Part shown: positions 29,608 to 39,059 of the stretch, piece after piece
Layout of the letters: each line of letters starts with the position of its first letter
Position numbering within the stretch: position 1 is the first letter of the stretch
DNA from: Candidatus Hermodarchaeota archaeon
Lineage (GTDB): Archaea; Asgardarchaeota; Lokiarchaeia; Sigyniarchaeales; SOKP01
NCBI GenBank assembly: GCA_048885535.1
Contig: JBHLLO010000001.1
Location: forward strand, 52,698-116,697
Direction of reading: 5' to 3'
DNA length: 64,000 nt
Translations under genes and position numbers: made by a program
Notes under the pieces: model-generated
Seen by the model: only the letters and a program-made list of their open reading frames with translations
Told to the model about the DNA's origin: nothing
Databases searched by the model: none

Positions 29608-30144
29608 TTGAAGTTGGATGTGGATAGAACTATGGGGGAAAATAAGTATGTTGGATTCTCTGAAGAACACCTGCGCAGGATCGCTTTAAAGAAAGTATAT
29701 TTTCGGATGTCAGTTAGCATCCATATTGGAATTTTTATTACGACTATAATATTAATGCTAATATTAAACTTAATTTTTACTCCAACAATCTTATGGATAT
29801 TTTTTCCATTTTTTGCATGGTTAATTGGTGTTGGTGTACATATCACTGCTTATCTAGTTTACGCTAGAGGAGTGTATCCCGGAGCTAAACGAGGTATTAT
29901 TTTTCATTTAGTTGCTTATTTTTTTGTGATATTATTTCTTTTCATAATAAATATTATAGTAACTCCTGAGTTTTATTGGGCTATTTTTCCAGCAATTTTT
30001 TGGGGCACAGGACTAACGATCCATTTAATATTATATTTCATTTACCATCGCACTGCTAGTGATGAAGAGGGCACGATAAAATCAAGAACTCAACGTGCTG
30101 TCGAAAGAGAAATGGAAAAAATGAGAAAAAGACTGAATAACTAG
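29608..30144 (+). CDS. 2TM-domain (duplicated) membrane protein
   Basis: Two copies of H...IN...W..FP...W..G...H and a C-terminal VEREMEK. Confidence 0.75.
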   Translation: MKLDVDRTMGENKYVGFSEEHLRRIALKKVYFRMSVSIHIGIFITTIILMLILNLIFTPTILWIFFPFFAWLIGVGVHITAYLVYARGVYPGAKRGIIFHLVAYFFVILFLFIINIIVTPEFYWAIFPAIFWGTGLTIHLILYFIYHRTASDEEGTIKSRTQRAVEREMEKMRKRLNN

Positions 30145-30166
30145 AAATGAAATAGGTGTTTATCAA

Positions 30167-30793
30167 GTGTGGTTAGGGAGATTTTTGGACTTAGAAGAGG
30201 ATTTAAATGAACTTAAGGACAAAATAAAGAAAGAAGTTCTAGAGAGTATAACAAAAAGCAAAATTACTCCGCTTGAATTCACCATTATAGAGACAATCTT
30301 CAATAATAAAGAACTGTCTGGCTATGATCTTATTTTAAGTTTAAATAAACATTTTGCTGGTACATGGACAGCTCAGTCGGGAACCATTTACCCTATTTTA
30401 TCAAAATTGAAGAAAGAAGGATTCCTCAAATCTAGGCCCGTTAAAAGTCCAATAGGTCCTATCAGGACCGTATATTCTTTAACAGAAGCTGGGGAACAGA
30501 TACTTAAAACGAAAGTTAATAAAGCCTTTGAAGATCAAATTAATTTTATTGAAAATTTTCTCATAGAATTATCATCAGTATATATCCAATCATTTCCTAA
30601 AAGTGAAAGAATTATTAGGGTTGAGGAGGTAATTAATCTTTTAGGTCAAACTTTTGAAAATATTAAGAAAAATATCCCTCCTACGCTTGAATTTAAAACT
30701 TTATGTCCGAATTGTGGCGCCGAAATAACCAGGAAAGCTTTGTATTGTCCAATATGTGGAGATGCAATAATACAAGATGAAGATAATAAGTAA
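30167..30793 (+). CDS. PadR-family regulator with C-terminal zinc ribbon
   Basis: SGYDLI, GTIYPILSKL, YSLTEAG; CPNCG...CPICG. Confidence 0.88.
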   Translation: MWLGRFLDLEEDLNELKDKIKKEVLESITKSKITPLEFTIIETIFNNKELSGYDLILSLNKHFAGTWTAQSGTIYPILSKLKKEGFLKSRPVKSPIGPIRTVYSLTEAGEQILKTKVNKAFEDQINFIENFLIELSSVYIQSFPKSERIIRVEEVINLLGQTFENIKKNIPPTLEFKTLCPNCGAEITRKALYCPICGDAIIQDEDNK

Positions 30794-30796
30794 TAA

Positions 30797-30830
30797 AATA
30801 ACAATATAAACTAGCTAGTTTTATGTTATT
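30797..30830. terminator. Imperfect palindrome between convergent genes
   Basis: AATAACA...AAACTAG/CTAGTTT...TGTTATT. Confidence 0.3.
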
Positions 30831-30877
30831 ATTTAAAGAAATCAGAATAAAAAGATAATTTAAAAAAATAAAATCGT

Positions 30878-31453
30878 TTATGATTCTTTTGCAGTAAATT
30901 TAGCTAATATGAAAGTAAAGATTACCATAATAATTCCTGTAATTAAATATATTAATCGCCAGTAGATCAATCCAAAATAATTGAATATCAAAAATGAAAC
31001 TATTATATATAACCCTACTATAATCAATGTTGTTATTACCTTAGTGTTAGTTTCCTGTCCCAAAAACACATCTTCTGCAATGAATTTCATAGTTACTGGT
31101 ATCGTAAATCCAAATAGCGCACCACTTAATATAGTTAAAATTATATAGATTTCAAGCATACTTCCAACAGCTAAATAAATTAGAATTAGGCTCGTTATCA
31201 TTAAACTTATTAGTACAGTTAATTTATTGGAAATCTTTTCTATGTATCTAATAGTTAGTAAAAAGACGAATACAAAGATAATAAATGACATTGTGGTATA
31301 AGTTGCTATCATCTCGATGTTCATAAACCAAGAGTAATAGTACTCGGGAATAATAGGAGATGTAAATGAAAAAAACGTATAAATCGGTCCCAAAAGCACG
31401 CTATAAAGCATAATTAGCTTGGCAACAAAATTAATAATATTTTTATTATTCAT
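30878..31453 (-). CDS. Membrane protein (about 6 TM, half-MFS-like)
   Basis: Hydrophobic throughout; WRLIYLITG. Confidence 0.6.
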   Translation of the reverse strand: MNNKNIINFVAKLIMLYSVLLGPIYTFFSFTSPIIPEYYYSWFMNIEMIATYTTMSFIIFVFVFLLTIRYIEKISNKLTVLISLMITSLILIYLAVGSMLEIYIILTILSGALFGFTIPVTMKFIAEDVFLGQETNTKVITTLIIVGLYIIVSFLIFNYFGLIYWRLIYLITGIIMVIFTFILAKFTAKES

Positions 31454-31553
31454 AGAAATTATTTATGTTAAATTCTTTATATTTTTTTTTGAAAATATGA
31501 AGAGTTACTATTTACTAGTAAAAGTTTATAAAGTTTTTAATATACAAATTATT

Positions 31554-33560
31554 ATGTCTAATCGATTAAATTTAAGAATTTCTGTCATCTTAATAGTTCT
31601 TGGTATTGGTTTAATACCAACAGCATATTTAATCAGTGGATACATGCGAGATCAAGCTAACGCTGAGATTCCTAGAACGTTATTGTTAATTAATGATGGA
31701 GCAACAAAATATATTGAAGATAATTATATAGGTGTCGGAATACCTGAATTACTTGAGGAAATTAAAGATGATCAAATAAATTATATTGATACTACTCTTG
31801 TCAGAGTGGGTAAAATCCCTTTCTTCGCACTAATGATAAGAGAGAATATGCTCGATGATTTACCTGAATTGATAAACAGTTCTGGTGCAGCGCGAAAAAT
31901 TAGTGATTTAATTAACGTAATTGTTGATGAAAATTCAACAACTGAAGCTTTTGCTAGAAGAGAATTCTTTAATAATTATACACTTCAAGATAATTATTCA
32001 ACTTCTCTCGAAGGTATCTCAGAATATTCTTTAGGGAGTACAACATTTAACTTTACAAATGCAGCTGTAACTAGGATATTGGATGGCTATAATGACTATC
32101 CAGGCTTGATTGAAGACCCTGAATTAGGTCTTGGTGTTTTAGATTGGCTAGAGTTTTATGATTTAGCAGAAGCTAATATTAGTGATAATAGATCTTTGAT
32201 GGAAGGTATATACAATTGTACATGGAGATCTGGACAATTACAAAATGTATCAAACTATATAAAAAGCTACTTATGGGATACTATTATTAAAGCAGAATAT
32301 TTTCCCACTCCAATCGATGAATATGCACTTAATACATTTTATGCTCAATGGGCAAATTTGAGTTTTTATAACAATCGTCTTGAATTAAACCTTTTTATCG
32401 AACCATTAAATACTTCTGTTTCTGGTATTGAAGTATTTTTTATAACAAACCTTGATTTAAATACATCGAAAAACCTTTGGAATTCAACAAATCCGTTATC
32501 ATTCACTAATGAATCAGGGATATTTCGATGGTTTGAATCGTTTTTTAATGATATAAATGCTACAAATGAAATAAGATCTGAATTTGGTATCACACCTGCC
32601 CAAACTGATGCAATTGAAGCGTGGTTGTTTTTAAGAATGAGAAATACTGTTTTGCCTCAACTTTCTAGTTTGCCTAAACCATATGGTTTTGGAATGACAA
32701 TACCCGAATACAGTGAGAGTTTATTCCTAGATCAATGGGCAAATGGCACACTTGATGAAACTGGATTTGAACTTGATGGAGGTATCAAAGGATTTGAAGT
32801 AGGTATTCCCACTAAAACAAACATATCATTAGAAATAGCAAAATCTCTTTTTGATACTACTAATAGTTCTGCTTTCATCAATTTAGACGGCATCCTATCT
32901 TGGGTGAAAGCTGAACAAGGAGATTTACCAGCTGAAAATGATTTAATTAATACTTTCAAGTTAAGTGGAGCACAATTTAATTTAATACTTACTTGGCTAT
33001 TTACCACTTTTAAAGATGATGTTTTACCAAACGTCCTTACATCAATTACAGGAAGAACTTTATATGAAATTGCTTATTATGCTACTCTACGTCAATGGGC
33101 TTTTGGAAATATTTTTGAGAGTGGTATCAACCTTTCAAACTATTCTTCCTCGGGGCTAAGTTTTGAAGGATGGGAAATTGGAATACCAACTGCCATTGAT
33201 TTAAATTTTACTCAATTAGAGTACCTGTGGGATTCATCAAATGCTTTATCATTCGTTAATCGTCGAGGTATCTCAATTTGGCTCAAATCAATCGAAAATC
33301 AAGATTATTATAATCAGTTAACTGTCAATGGGAAAGGTGAATTCAATTTAACTAATACAGAATATTTAGATATTTATAATTGGTTGATTTACACAAGAAA
33401 TAATTTTGTACTTTCTCAAATTCAAATAGAATCATTGTTTGATGTTGATATAGATACTTTAAGCGAATTATATCAAATGGGAATTCTAATCGGAGGAATT
33501 GTTTTCATTGCTGCTGGTATTTGTTTTGGTGTTTTAGGTTATTTTAGGAGAAAGCGTTAA
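31554..33560 (+). CDS. Two-TM-anchored extracellular repeat glycoprotein
   Basis: Likely start at ATG 31554 (in frame with the track ORF from 31419); N- and C-terminal TM helices, many NxS/T sequons, ~120-aa QWA repeats. Confidence 0.75.
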   Translation: MSNRLNLRISVILIVLGIGLIPTAYLISGYMRDQANAEIPRTLLLINDGATKYIEDNYIGVGIPELLEEIKDDQINYIDTTLVRVGKIPFFALMIRENMLDDLPELINSSGAARKISDLINVIVDENSTTEAFARREFFNNYTLQDNYSTSLEGISEYSLGSTTFNFTNAAVTRILDGYNDYPGLIEDPELGLGVLDWLEFYDLAEANISDNRSLMEGIYNCTWRSGQLQNVSNYIKSYLWDTIIKAEYFPTPIDEYALNTFYAQWANLSFYNNRLELNLFIEPLNTSVSGIEVFFITNLDLNTSKNLWNSTNPLSFTNESGIFRWFESFFNDINATNEIRSEFGITPAQTDAIEAWLFLRMRNTVLPQLSSLPKPYGFGMTIPEYSESLFLDQWANGTLDETGFELDGGIKGFEVGIPTKTNISLEIAKSLFDTTNSSAFINLDGILSWVKAEQGDLPAENDLINTFKLSGAQFNLILTWLFTTFKDDVLPNVLTSITGRTLYEIAYYATLRQWAFGNIFESGINLSNYSSSGLSFEGWEIGIPTAIDLNFTQLEYLWDSSNALSFVNRRGISIWLKSIENQDYYNQLTVNGKGEFNLTNTEYLDIYNWLIYTRNNFVLSQIQIESLFDVDIDTLSELYQMGILIGGIVFIAAGICFGVLGYFRRKR

Positions 33561-33642
33561 AATATAAAAATATCAAAAGAATTACAGCTAATTTTTATTT
33601 TTTTTCTGACTTTTCTAATTTTTAAAACGAGAAGATAACAAA

Positions 33643-33666
33643 TAAATTTAGTTTAAACTAAATTTA
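33643..33666. terminator. Perfect 24-bp palindrome between convergent genes
   Basis: TAAATTTAGTTTAAACTAAATTTA equals its own reverse complement. Confidence 0.4.
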
Positions 33667-33696
33667 AAGAAAAAATATAATTAGGAATTAGGAATT

Positions 33697-34992
33697 CTAT
33701 TCAATGCTAATTCCATACTTTTTAAAAATTTTAATCAATTCTTCTCCAGCTAATAGTTTCATAATATCTTCCATTGGAGCCAATACTTCATCTTTCCTGG
33801 TTCGTCTATTTTTACTTATTCTTCCTTCCTTTACCTCAAAAGCAGATTGACTCCAAGAACTTTCATCATTAAACGTAAACCATATTTCCCTATATGCTCC
33901 TTCCTGACCACCATTTCTGGCTAATGGTTTTTCTTCAATGGTAACCTCGGGATCTTGTAAATAACACCAATCTAGAATAACCCATTCTAATTTCCTCTCA
34001 GATTCGGGCCTATCTGCAAGATAGATACAATAAGCATGACCTCCAAGTTCCGAATCAGAGGGTGCAAAAACAGGGTCTGCCATAACTTGAGCTGCACACA
34101 CCTTAACACGCCATGAGGGGATTCCCGCATTGATTAATAAACTGGCAATAAGAATTGCACCATCTTCACAATCTCCAATTTCAGACTGTATAGATTCAAA
34201 TGGGAATTGCCAAAATTCAGGACAATCTTCAGTTTCATCATCATATTTATATTTGAGAAAGTTGCATACAAAGTTTTGTATCATGAAAGCAGTTTCATTA
34301 GGGGTTTCCTTCCTTAAACCAACTTGAGTTATAACATGCCAGAGGATGGCATCATCTTTTTTTATAAAAGTTTTTACATCTGCATCAATTTGTTTACTAT
34401 ATGATTTACCTCTCAACGCTCTCCCAGTGTAAATAATTGGCGCTTTTTCCCATTTATTCTCCCAATATTCTGGACCGTATTGACCATACTCTTTCTCAAA
34501 AACTTCAATAGGTTTATAGTCTGGTATTATTGGAATACTTGGAGCTGTAGGTTCAATTATTGTTGGTTTCTTTTTTACTTTTTCATCTTTTTTTGGTATT
34601 TCAGCCAGGCTTTTTGCTTCATCTATCCATTTTTGGATTTCTTTTTGAGCAGGAACTTTTGTAAGACTATTTGGTCTTTCAACTTTTAATTTTTTTAGTT
34701 TTTCAAAAGTAGTTTTTGGGTTTCTATAGGCAAATTCTTTAACCGAATCAATCCCTATTAGATTTAAGGCATTAGCTAATTCTGGATCAACTCCAGTTAT
34801 TCGCATTAAATCTGCATGTTCTTGCCAAGTATCTAGTGTTCTGACTGAAACCCCTATACTTCTTGCTAGTTGCTTTATTTGATATGCTGTTAATGGGAGT
34901 AAATCTTCGACTTCTTTAATCCCGGCTTTCGCTAATAGTTGGGCATGTTTCTCTTCCAAACCAATAATATCAGTTAATTTCATTTCACTCAC
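33697..34992 (-). CDS. DUF4332 (HhH) domain fused to a transglutaminase-like cysteine protease domain
   Basis: IIGLEEKHAQLLAKAGI and DLMRITGVDPELA; GDCEDGAILIASLL, GHAY, WVILDW (Cys-His-Asp). Confidence 0.8.
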   Translation of the reverse strand: MSEMKLTDIIGLEEKHAQLLAKAGIKEVEDLLPLTAYQIKQLARSIGVSVRTLDTWQEHADLMRITGVDPELANALNLIGIDSVKEFAYRNPKTTFEKLKKLKVERPNSLTKVPAQKEIQKWIDEAKSLAEIPKKDEKVKKKPTIIEPTAPSIPIIPDYKPIEVFEKEYGQYGPEYWENKWEKAPIIYTGRALRGKSYSKQIDADVKTFIKKDDAILWHVITQVGLRKETPNETAFMIQNFVCNFLKYKYDDETEDCPEFWQFPFESIQSEIGDCEDGAILIASLLINAGIPSWRVKVCAAQVMADPVFAPSDSELGGHAYCIYLADRPESERKLEWVILDWCYLQDPEVTIEEKPLARNGGQEGAYREIWFTFNDESSWSQSAFEVKEGRISKNRRTRKDEVLAPMEDIMKLLAGEELIKIFKKYGISIE

Positions 34993-35193
34993 TCCTTAAT
35001 ATATTTCGTTAGTTAAAATGATTTTGATTAGTATTTATATTTGCGTCTTATTTTTTAACTTTTTTCTAAAAAAATAAAACAAAATATTTGCTTTACAATG
35101 AAGGATAAAAAAATTAAAAAGATTAAAAATATTATTTTTAGCAAATAATAATTGGTAAAGAGTTATAATAAGACAATTCGAACTAAAAATTAA

Positions 35194-35372
35194 GGCGGGA
35201 TTACCGAGTCTGGTCAATGGTTGCGTCTAAGAATGGGTCAAGACCGATTATAGGTGCTGGACTTAAGGACTAACTTAGTTATGGAAGTATAGTGAAGTAA
35301 TCCAGTGGCAATAACAGTTAAGTTAAAGCTCTTGCCAAGAGGCCTTCGGGAGTTCAAATCTCCCTCCCGCCA
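35194..35372 (+). tRNA. tRNA-Leu(UAA) with three introns; exons 35194-35217, 35252-35267, 35300-35311, 35340-35372 (85 nt mature)
   Basis: Acceptor GGCGGGA/TCCCGCC + discriminator A; D arm ACCG..AGGT; anticodon arm CTGGA-CTTAAG|A-TCCAG; variable arm GGC-AAAG-GCC; T arm GGGAG-TTCAAAT-CTCCC; each insertion forms a BHB-like junction. Confidence 0.88.
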
Positions 35373-35619
35373 TCTTTTTCAATTTTTATTAATAGGCTTA
35401 TTTAAACTAATATTAAGTTTAACTTCAAATATTAAGGCTCAATTTTAATCCTTTTTAACAGGTAATCATAAACAGATATATTTCTTATATTATACAAGTT
35501 AACATTAAAATTTAGTAGAAAATATATAGTAAAAATAAAAATAAATAAATAATAGCAAGATATTAAAATTATATCATAAGAAATAATTGTGTATTTTAAT
35601 TCACAAAGAGGTTTATAAT

Positions 35620-35997
35620 TTGCCTGTTGGGATTTTAGTAATTCGATGGGATAATGAGATTGGTCCAATAAACGAAGGATTTTATCCAGATAACTTGAAA
35701 ATTACCAATAACCTACTTACACAAGTATATTCATCACATAGATACCAGAGCTTAAAACCGGGGTTCGCAAGTATTGCCCTAAAGAACAATAAGGTCGTTT
35801 CTTTTTTCTCTGGAGTTGGTACAGATCATATAAGTGTTGAAAATTATGTTGTTGCTCTTTTACTCAGAAGAGATGAGAAACCCAATAAATACAGAGAAAT
35901 ATTAAAAACAATTGCTGCTGAAATCTTAGATAAAATACCTGATGGTAAATTTAAAAAAGTCTTACCCGATTTGTATAAAGATTTAGCAAAAATATAA
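35620..35997 (+). CDS. Longin/uDENN-like small domain protein
   Basis: Likely TTG start at 35620; GILVIRWDNEIGP...YP matches the FD..GP N-terminal motif of uDENN/longin domains. Confidence 0.6.
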   Translation: MPVGILVIRWDNEIGPINEGFYPDNLKITNNLLTQVYSSHRYQSLKPGFASIALKNNKVVSFFSGVGTDHISVENYVVALLLRRDEKPNKYREILKTIAAEILDKIPDGKFKKVLPDLYKDLAKI

Positions 35998-36013
35998 ACT
36001 TTTAATTAAAACA

Positions 36014-37051
36014 TTAAGAGATTTGAACTTTTTTTAAGGAAATCTTACCAGTTTCATCTAATTCAATAAGATCTACACTTTTTAATTTTTCAACAAGCCT
36101 TCTAACTAAAACTATTGGAGAACCAAGTGCGTTTCTTAAATCATCTATACTCATCGAGCCAACTTTTTCAATTATTAAAAATGCTTTAAATTGTGCTTCT
36201 TGTTCCATTAGATCAGCAAGTTTATCGAAATAAACAATCTTTTTCATATTTTCATTCTTAAATTTATCCACTTCGTCAACCCTTTCCTGTAGTTGCCGAA
36301 TTAATGTTTCTGCGGCTCTCTTTTCATCTCTTAGTTGTTCTACCTTATTAATCAATTCTTCATATTTTCTATGAATTTCTTCGAATCTAGACTTTACATC
36401 CTTAGCTTCAGATGTAGCTTCTGTTGATACCAATTTAAAATCTAAAAGGAATTTATCTAACTCGGCAATTTTAGAAGTTAATTCTTTTTTTTCTTCAAAA
36501 TGTTCTTTTTTCATTCTTTCGAGTTCATTTTTCCATTTTTGATCCATATCAGACAAGAGTTTCACTTGCTCATCTTGAAGTTTGTCAGCAAAAGCCTGAA
36601 TTTCTTGAACTTTATTTTCAAGATTCTTAAGGCTCTCATCTTTTAATAATAATTCACTATTCTTTTCTGCTATTTCTGCCTTTAGGTTTCCTATTGTTTC
36701 AAAAGCTTCTTCAAGTTTTCTATGAGTAGGTATATTTTGCTTTTTGGAAAAATCAAGTTCTCGTTGAGCTTCTAAAGCGGTACCCTTCGCTAATTCTAAT
36801 TCTCTTTCTTTTTCATTAATAATAGCCCTCTGTGTTCCAATTAATTCTTTTAATTCCAAGACATCATCTGGAATATCATACATTTTAGAAATCTTCGCCT
36901 TTTGGTCTTTTATTATATTTTCTTGATCTGCAATAACCCTTTTTTGTTTTTCAATTAATTCAGTTAACCTATCAATTTTTGCATGCAAAGATGCAGTTTC
37001 TTTCTCACTTGATTCGATTTCATCAATAATATTTTTTAAATCCTTAGGCAT
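36014..37051 (-). CDS. Long coiled-coil protein with C-terminal winged helix
   Basis: About 280 aa of heptads then MSIDDLRNALGSPIVLVRRLVEKL. Confidence 0.75.
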   Translation of the reverse strand: MPKDLKNIIDEIESSEKETASLHAKIDRLTELIEKQKRVIADQENIIKDQKAKISKMYDIPDDVLELKELIGTQRAIINEKERELELAKGTALEAQRELDFSKKQNIPTHRKLEEAFETIGNLKAEIAEKNSELLLKDESLKNLENKVQEIQAFADKLQDEQVKLLSDMDQKWKNELERMKKEHFEEKKELTSKIAELDKFLLDFKLVSTEATSEAKDVKSRFEEIHRKYEELINKVEQLRDEKRAAETLIRQLQERVDEVDKFKNENMKKIVYFDKLADLMEQEAQFKAFLIIEKVGSMSIDDLRNALGSPIVLVRRLVEKLKSVDLIELDETGKISLKKVQIS

Positions 37052-37319
37052 TGTAAAATAACTCTCTAAATTTATGTAAAAGATTAAATTGGCGTCTTTT
37101 AAATAAAAACTGACTTATAATATTTTAATTATTAAAGATAATTAATATTAATAGAGAGATAATAAATTTAATTTATATATTTATCGAAGTGATAAATTAA
37201 AATCATCCATGGTGTAAAAAAAGATTACAGCCTATTATTTTAAATCTGATCAAATTAATTCTTTTATCCTTATTTCATATAAGTATCTAAAAAGTAAAAA
37301 AAGAATTAAACTGGAGGAA

Positions 37320-37814
37320 TTGACTATAGTCAAAAATCAAAAAGAAGCAGATGAATATATCATCTCACGAAACCTTAATAAAAGTTCCCAAGTTAACCCT
37401 AATGAACTCATTATTCTTTCTCAAATAGAGAAACTGATTACAACCTATCTAAAAGGTACAAAACTTAACTTATATGAAGAAATTTTAAAATTAGATGTTG
37501 ACCTAGGTATAAAAGACAAATTTAAAACCGAGTTTTCTCAAAAAGTCGTAAATGTTCTTCTCAATGTTAAATCTGGAGAAATAACAACATATTTTAATAT
37601 TGGGAAAAAAATTCAATCTAAAGCCTTTCGTGCGATAGGAAATGTTTGTAAAGCAAATCCAATACCTCTAATAATTCCTTGCCATCGTGTTTTAAGAAAG
37701 AATGGAGAAATTGGAGGTTTTATGGGAAAATCTGACAAAACATGGGAAACTTCTCTCAAAAAAACCTTATTAAGAATAGAAGGATATAAAGTAAAAAATT
37801 CGCCTTATGATTAA
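37320..37814 (+). CDS. ogt: Methylated-DNA--protein-cysteine methyltransferase
   Basis: RAIGN, NPIPLIIPCHRV, GGF, LLRIEG. Confidence 0.92.
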   Translation: MTIVKNQKEADEYIISRNLNKSSQVNPNELIILSQIEKLITTYLKGTKLNLYEEILKLDVDLGIKDKFKTEFSQKVVNVLLNVKSGEITTYFNIGKKIQSKAFRAIGNVCKANPIPLIIPCHRVLRKNGEIGGFMGKSDKTWETSLKKTLLRIEGYKVKNSPYD

Positions 37815-37854
37815 ACGAAATTAATATATTAATTTACACCTTTTATTTAATATT

Positions 37855-39048
37855 ATGGTAGATATATCTCCTATTAGACCATATATTCCTATTAATCCAG
37901 AGGAATTTTGTACCAATCCTTATGATGTAATTACTAAAGAAGAAGAATATGAACTAAAGAGAATCCCTAATTCTTTGATTCACTTAATTTTACCTGATGG
38001 AAAAAATGATGAAGTTTATCGAAATGCTGCTAAAGCCTATAGTTATTTTAAAGAAAATAAAATCATTGAACGTGAGGAAAAGTCAAGTATCTTCGTATAT
38101 CGTCAAGAATCGGCTCAATTTTGTCATCAAGGTTTAATTATGGGGGTTTCTCTTCGAGATTATGAAGATGGTAACATATTAATACATGAGTACACACGCG
38201 AAAAACCTCTTAAAGACAGAACAAATCATATTGTCGCCACTAATGTAGCTGCAGGATTAGTTTGGACTGTTTTTCAAGCCAATAGAGAGATAAATGCTTT
38301 AATTGAGCAAATAAAACAAAAAAAATCAAGATTCCAATTTATGAAATATGGATACAAACATATACTTTGGCAAGAAGCTGATTCTAACACAATTCAGAAA
38401 CTAATAGAGCTATTTCGTAGTAAAAGAATATATATTGCTGATGGACATCACCGTGCAGCAAGTGCAGCGGAATATCGTAAGTTGCAATTACGAGATAATA
38501 ATGAAATTAAAGAGGCCTCTTGGCAATATTTATTATCTTATGTTGCTTCAGATGACCAAATACAGATATTACCCTATAACCGAGTTATTAAAAAATTAGT
38601 TTTATCAGAGAAGGAGTTCTTAAAAAGGATTGAAAAAAACTTTAAAATAATTTCAATGAATAATGCTTTTAATCCAGAAAAAAAGAATGAGATAGCAATT
38701 TGTTTAAAAGGTAAGTGGTATAAATTATTAGTTAAAAATAAAAACTTTAAAACTAAACGAGAAAGTTTGGATGTTGCTATTATTCAGGATACGTTTTTAG
38801 AACCGGTTTTAAAGATTAAAGATCCTCGTTCAGATGAGAACTTATTTTTTATAGGAGGTATACAAGATCCAAAGGAAATGGAGAAATTTGTGACAGATAA
38901 AGGTAATGATTTGTTTATTAACTTATATCCTGTAGATATAAGAGATTTAGAACTAATTGCAGAGAATGGAGGTATAATGCCCCCAAAATCAACTTATTTC
39001 TCTCCTAAACTACTTTCAGGATTGATCTTACACGATCTGACTTATTAA
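37855..39048 (+). CDS. DUF1015 family protein
   Basis: PYDVI, HEYT, YIADGHHR, PYNRV, MPPKSTYFSPKL. Confidence 0.92.
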   Translation: MVDISPIRPYIPINPEEFCTNPYDVITKEEEYELKRIPNSLIHLILPDGKNDEVYRNAAKAYSYFKENKIIEREEKSSIFVYRQESAQFCHQGLIMGVSLRDYEDGNILIHEYTREKPLKDRTNHIVATNVAAGLVWTVFQANREINALIEQIKQKKSRFQFMKYGYKHILWQEADSNTIQKLIELFRSKRIYIADGHHRAASAAEYRKLQLRDNNEIKEASWQYLLSYVASDDQIQILPYNRVIKKLVLSEKEFLKRIEKNFKIISMNNAFNPEKKNEIAICLKGKWYKLLVKNKNFKTKRESLDVAIIQDTFLEPVLKIKDPRSDENLFFIGGIQDPKEMEKFVTDKGNDLFINLYPVDIRDLELIAENGGIMPPKSTYFSPKLLSGLILHDLTY

Positions 39049-39059
39049 AAAATAATAGA

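Noticed and set aside
31419-31553. N-terminal extension of the 713-aa ORF
   Set aside because: Overlaps the divergent gene and AT-rich promoter; ATG 31554 directly before the TM helix is the more plausible start
35035-35217. 60-aa minus-strand ORF
   Set aside because: Overlaps the tRNA 5' exon and its AT-rich promoter; low-complexity translation
35262-35299. Intron 2 helix (GAAG) would pair perfectly with a UCA anticodon, hinting at tRNA-Sec or editing
   Set aside because: Genomic anticodon is TAA, and the 7/5 acceptor/T stems, A73 and short D stem are Leu-type; a single mismatch is tolerated in relaxed BHB motifs
36014-37051. SMC or intermediate-filament call for the coiled-coil protein
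   Set aside because: No Walker motifs or hinge; coiled-coil similarity alone is not diagnostic
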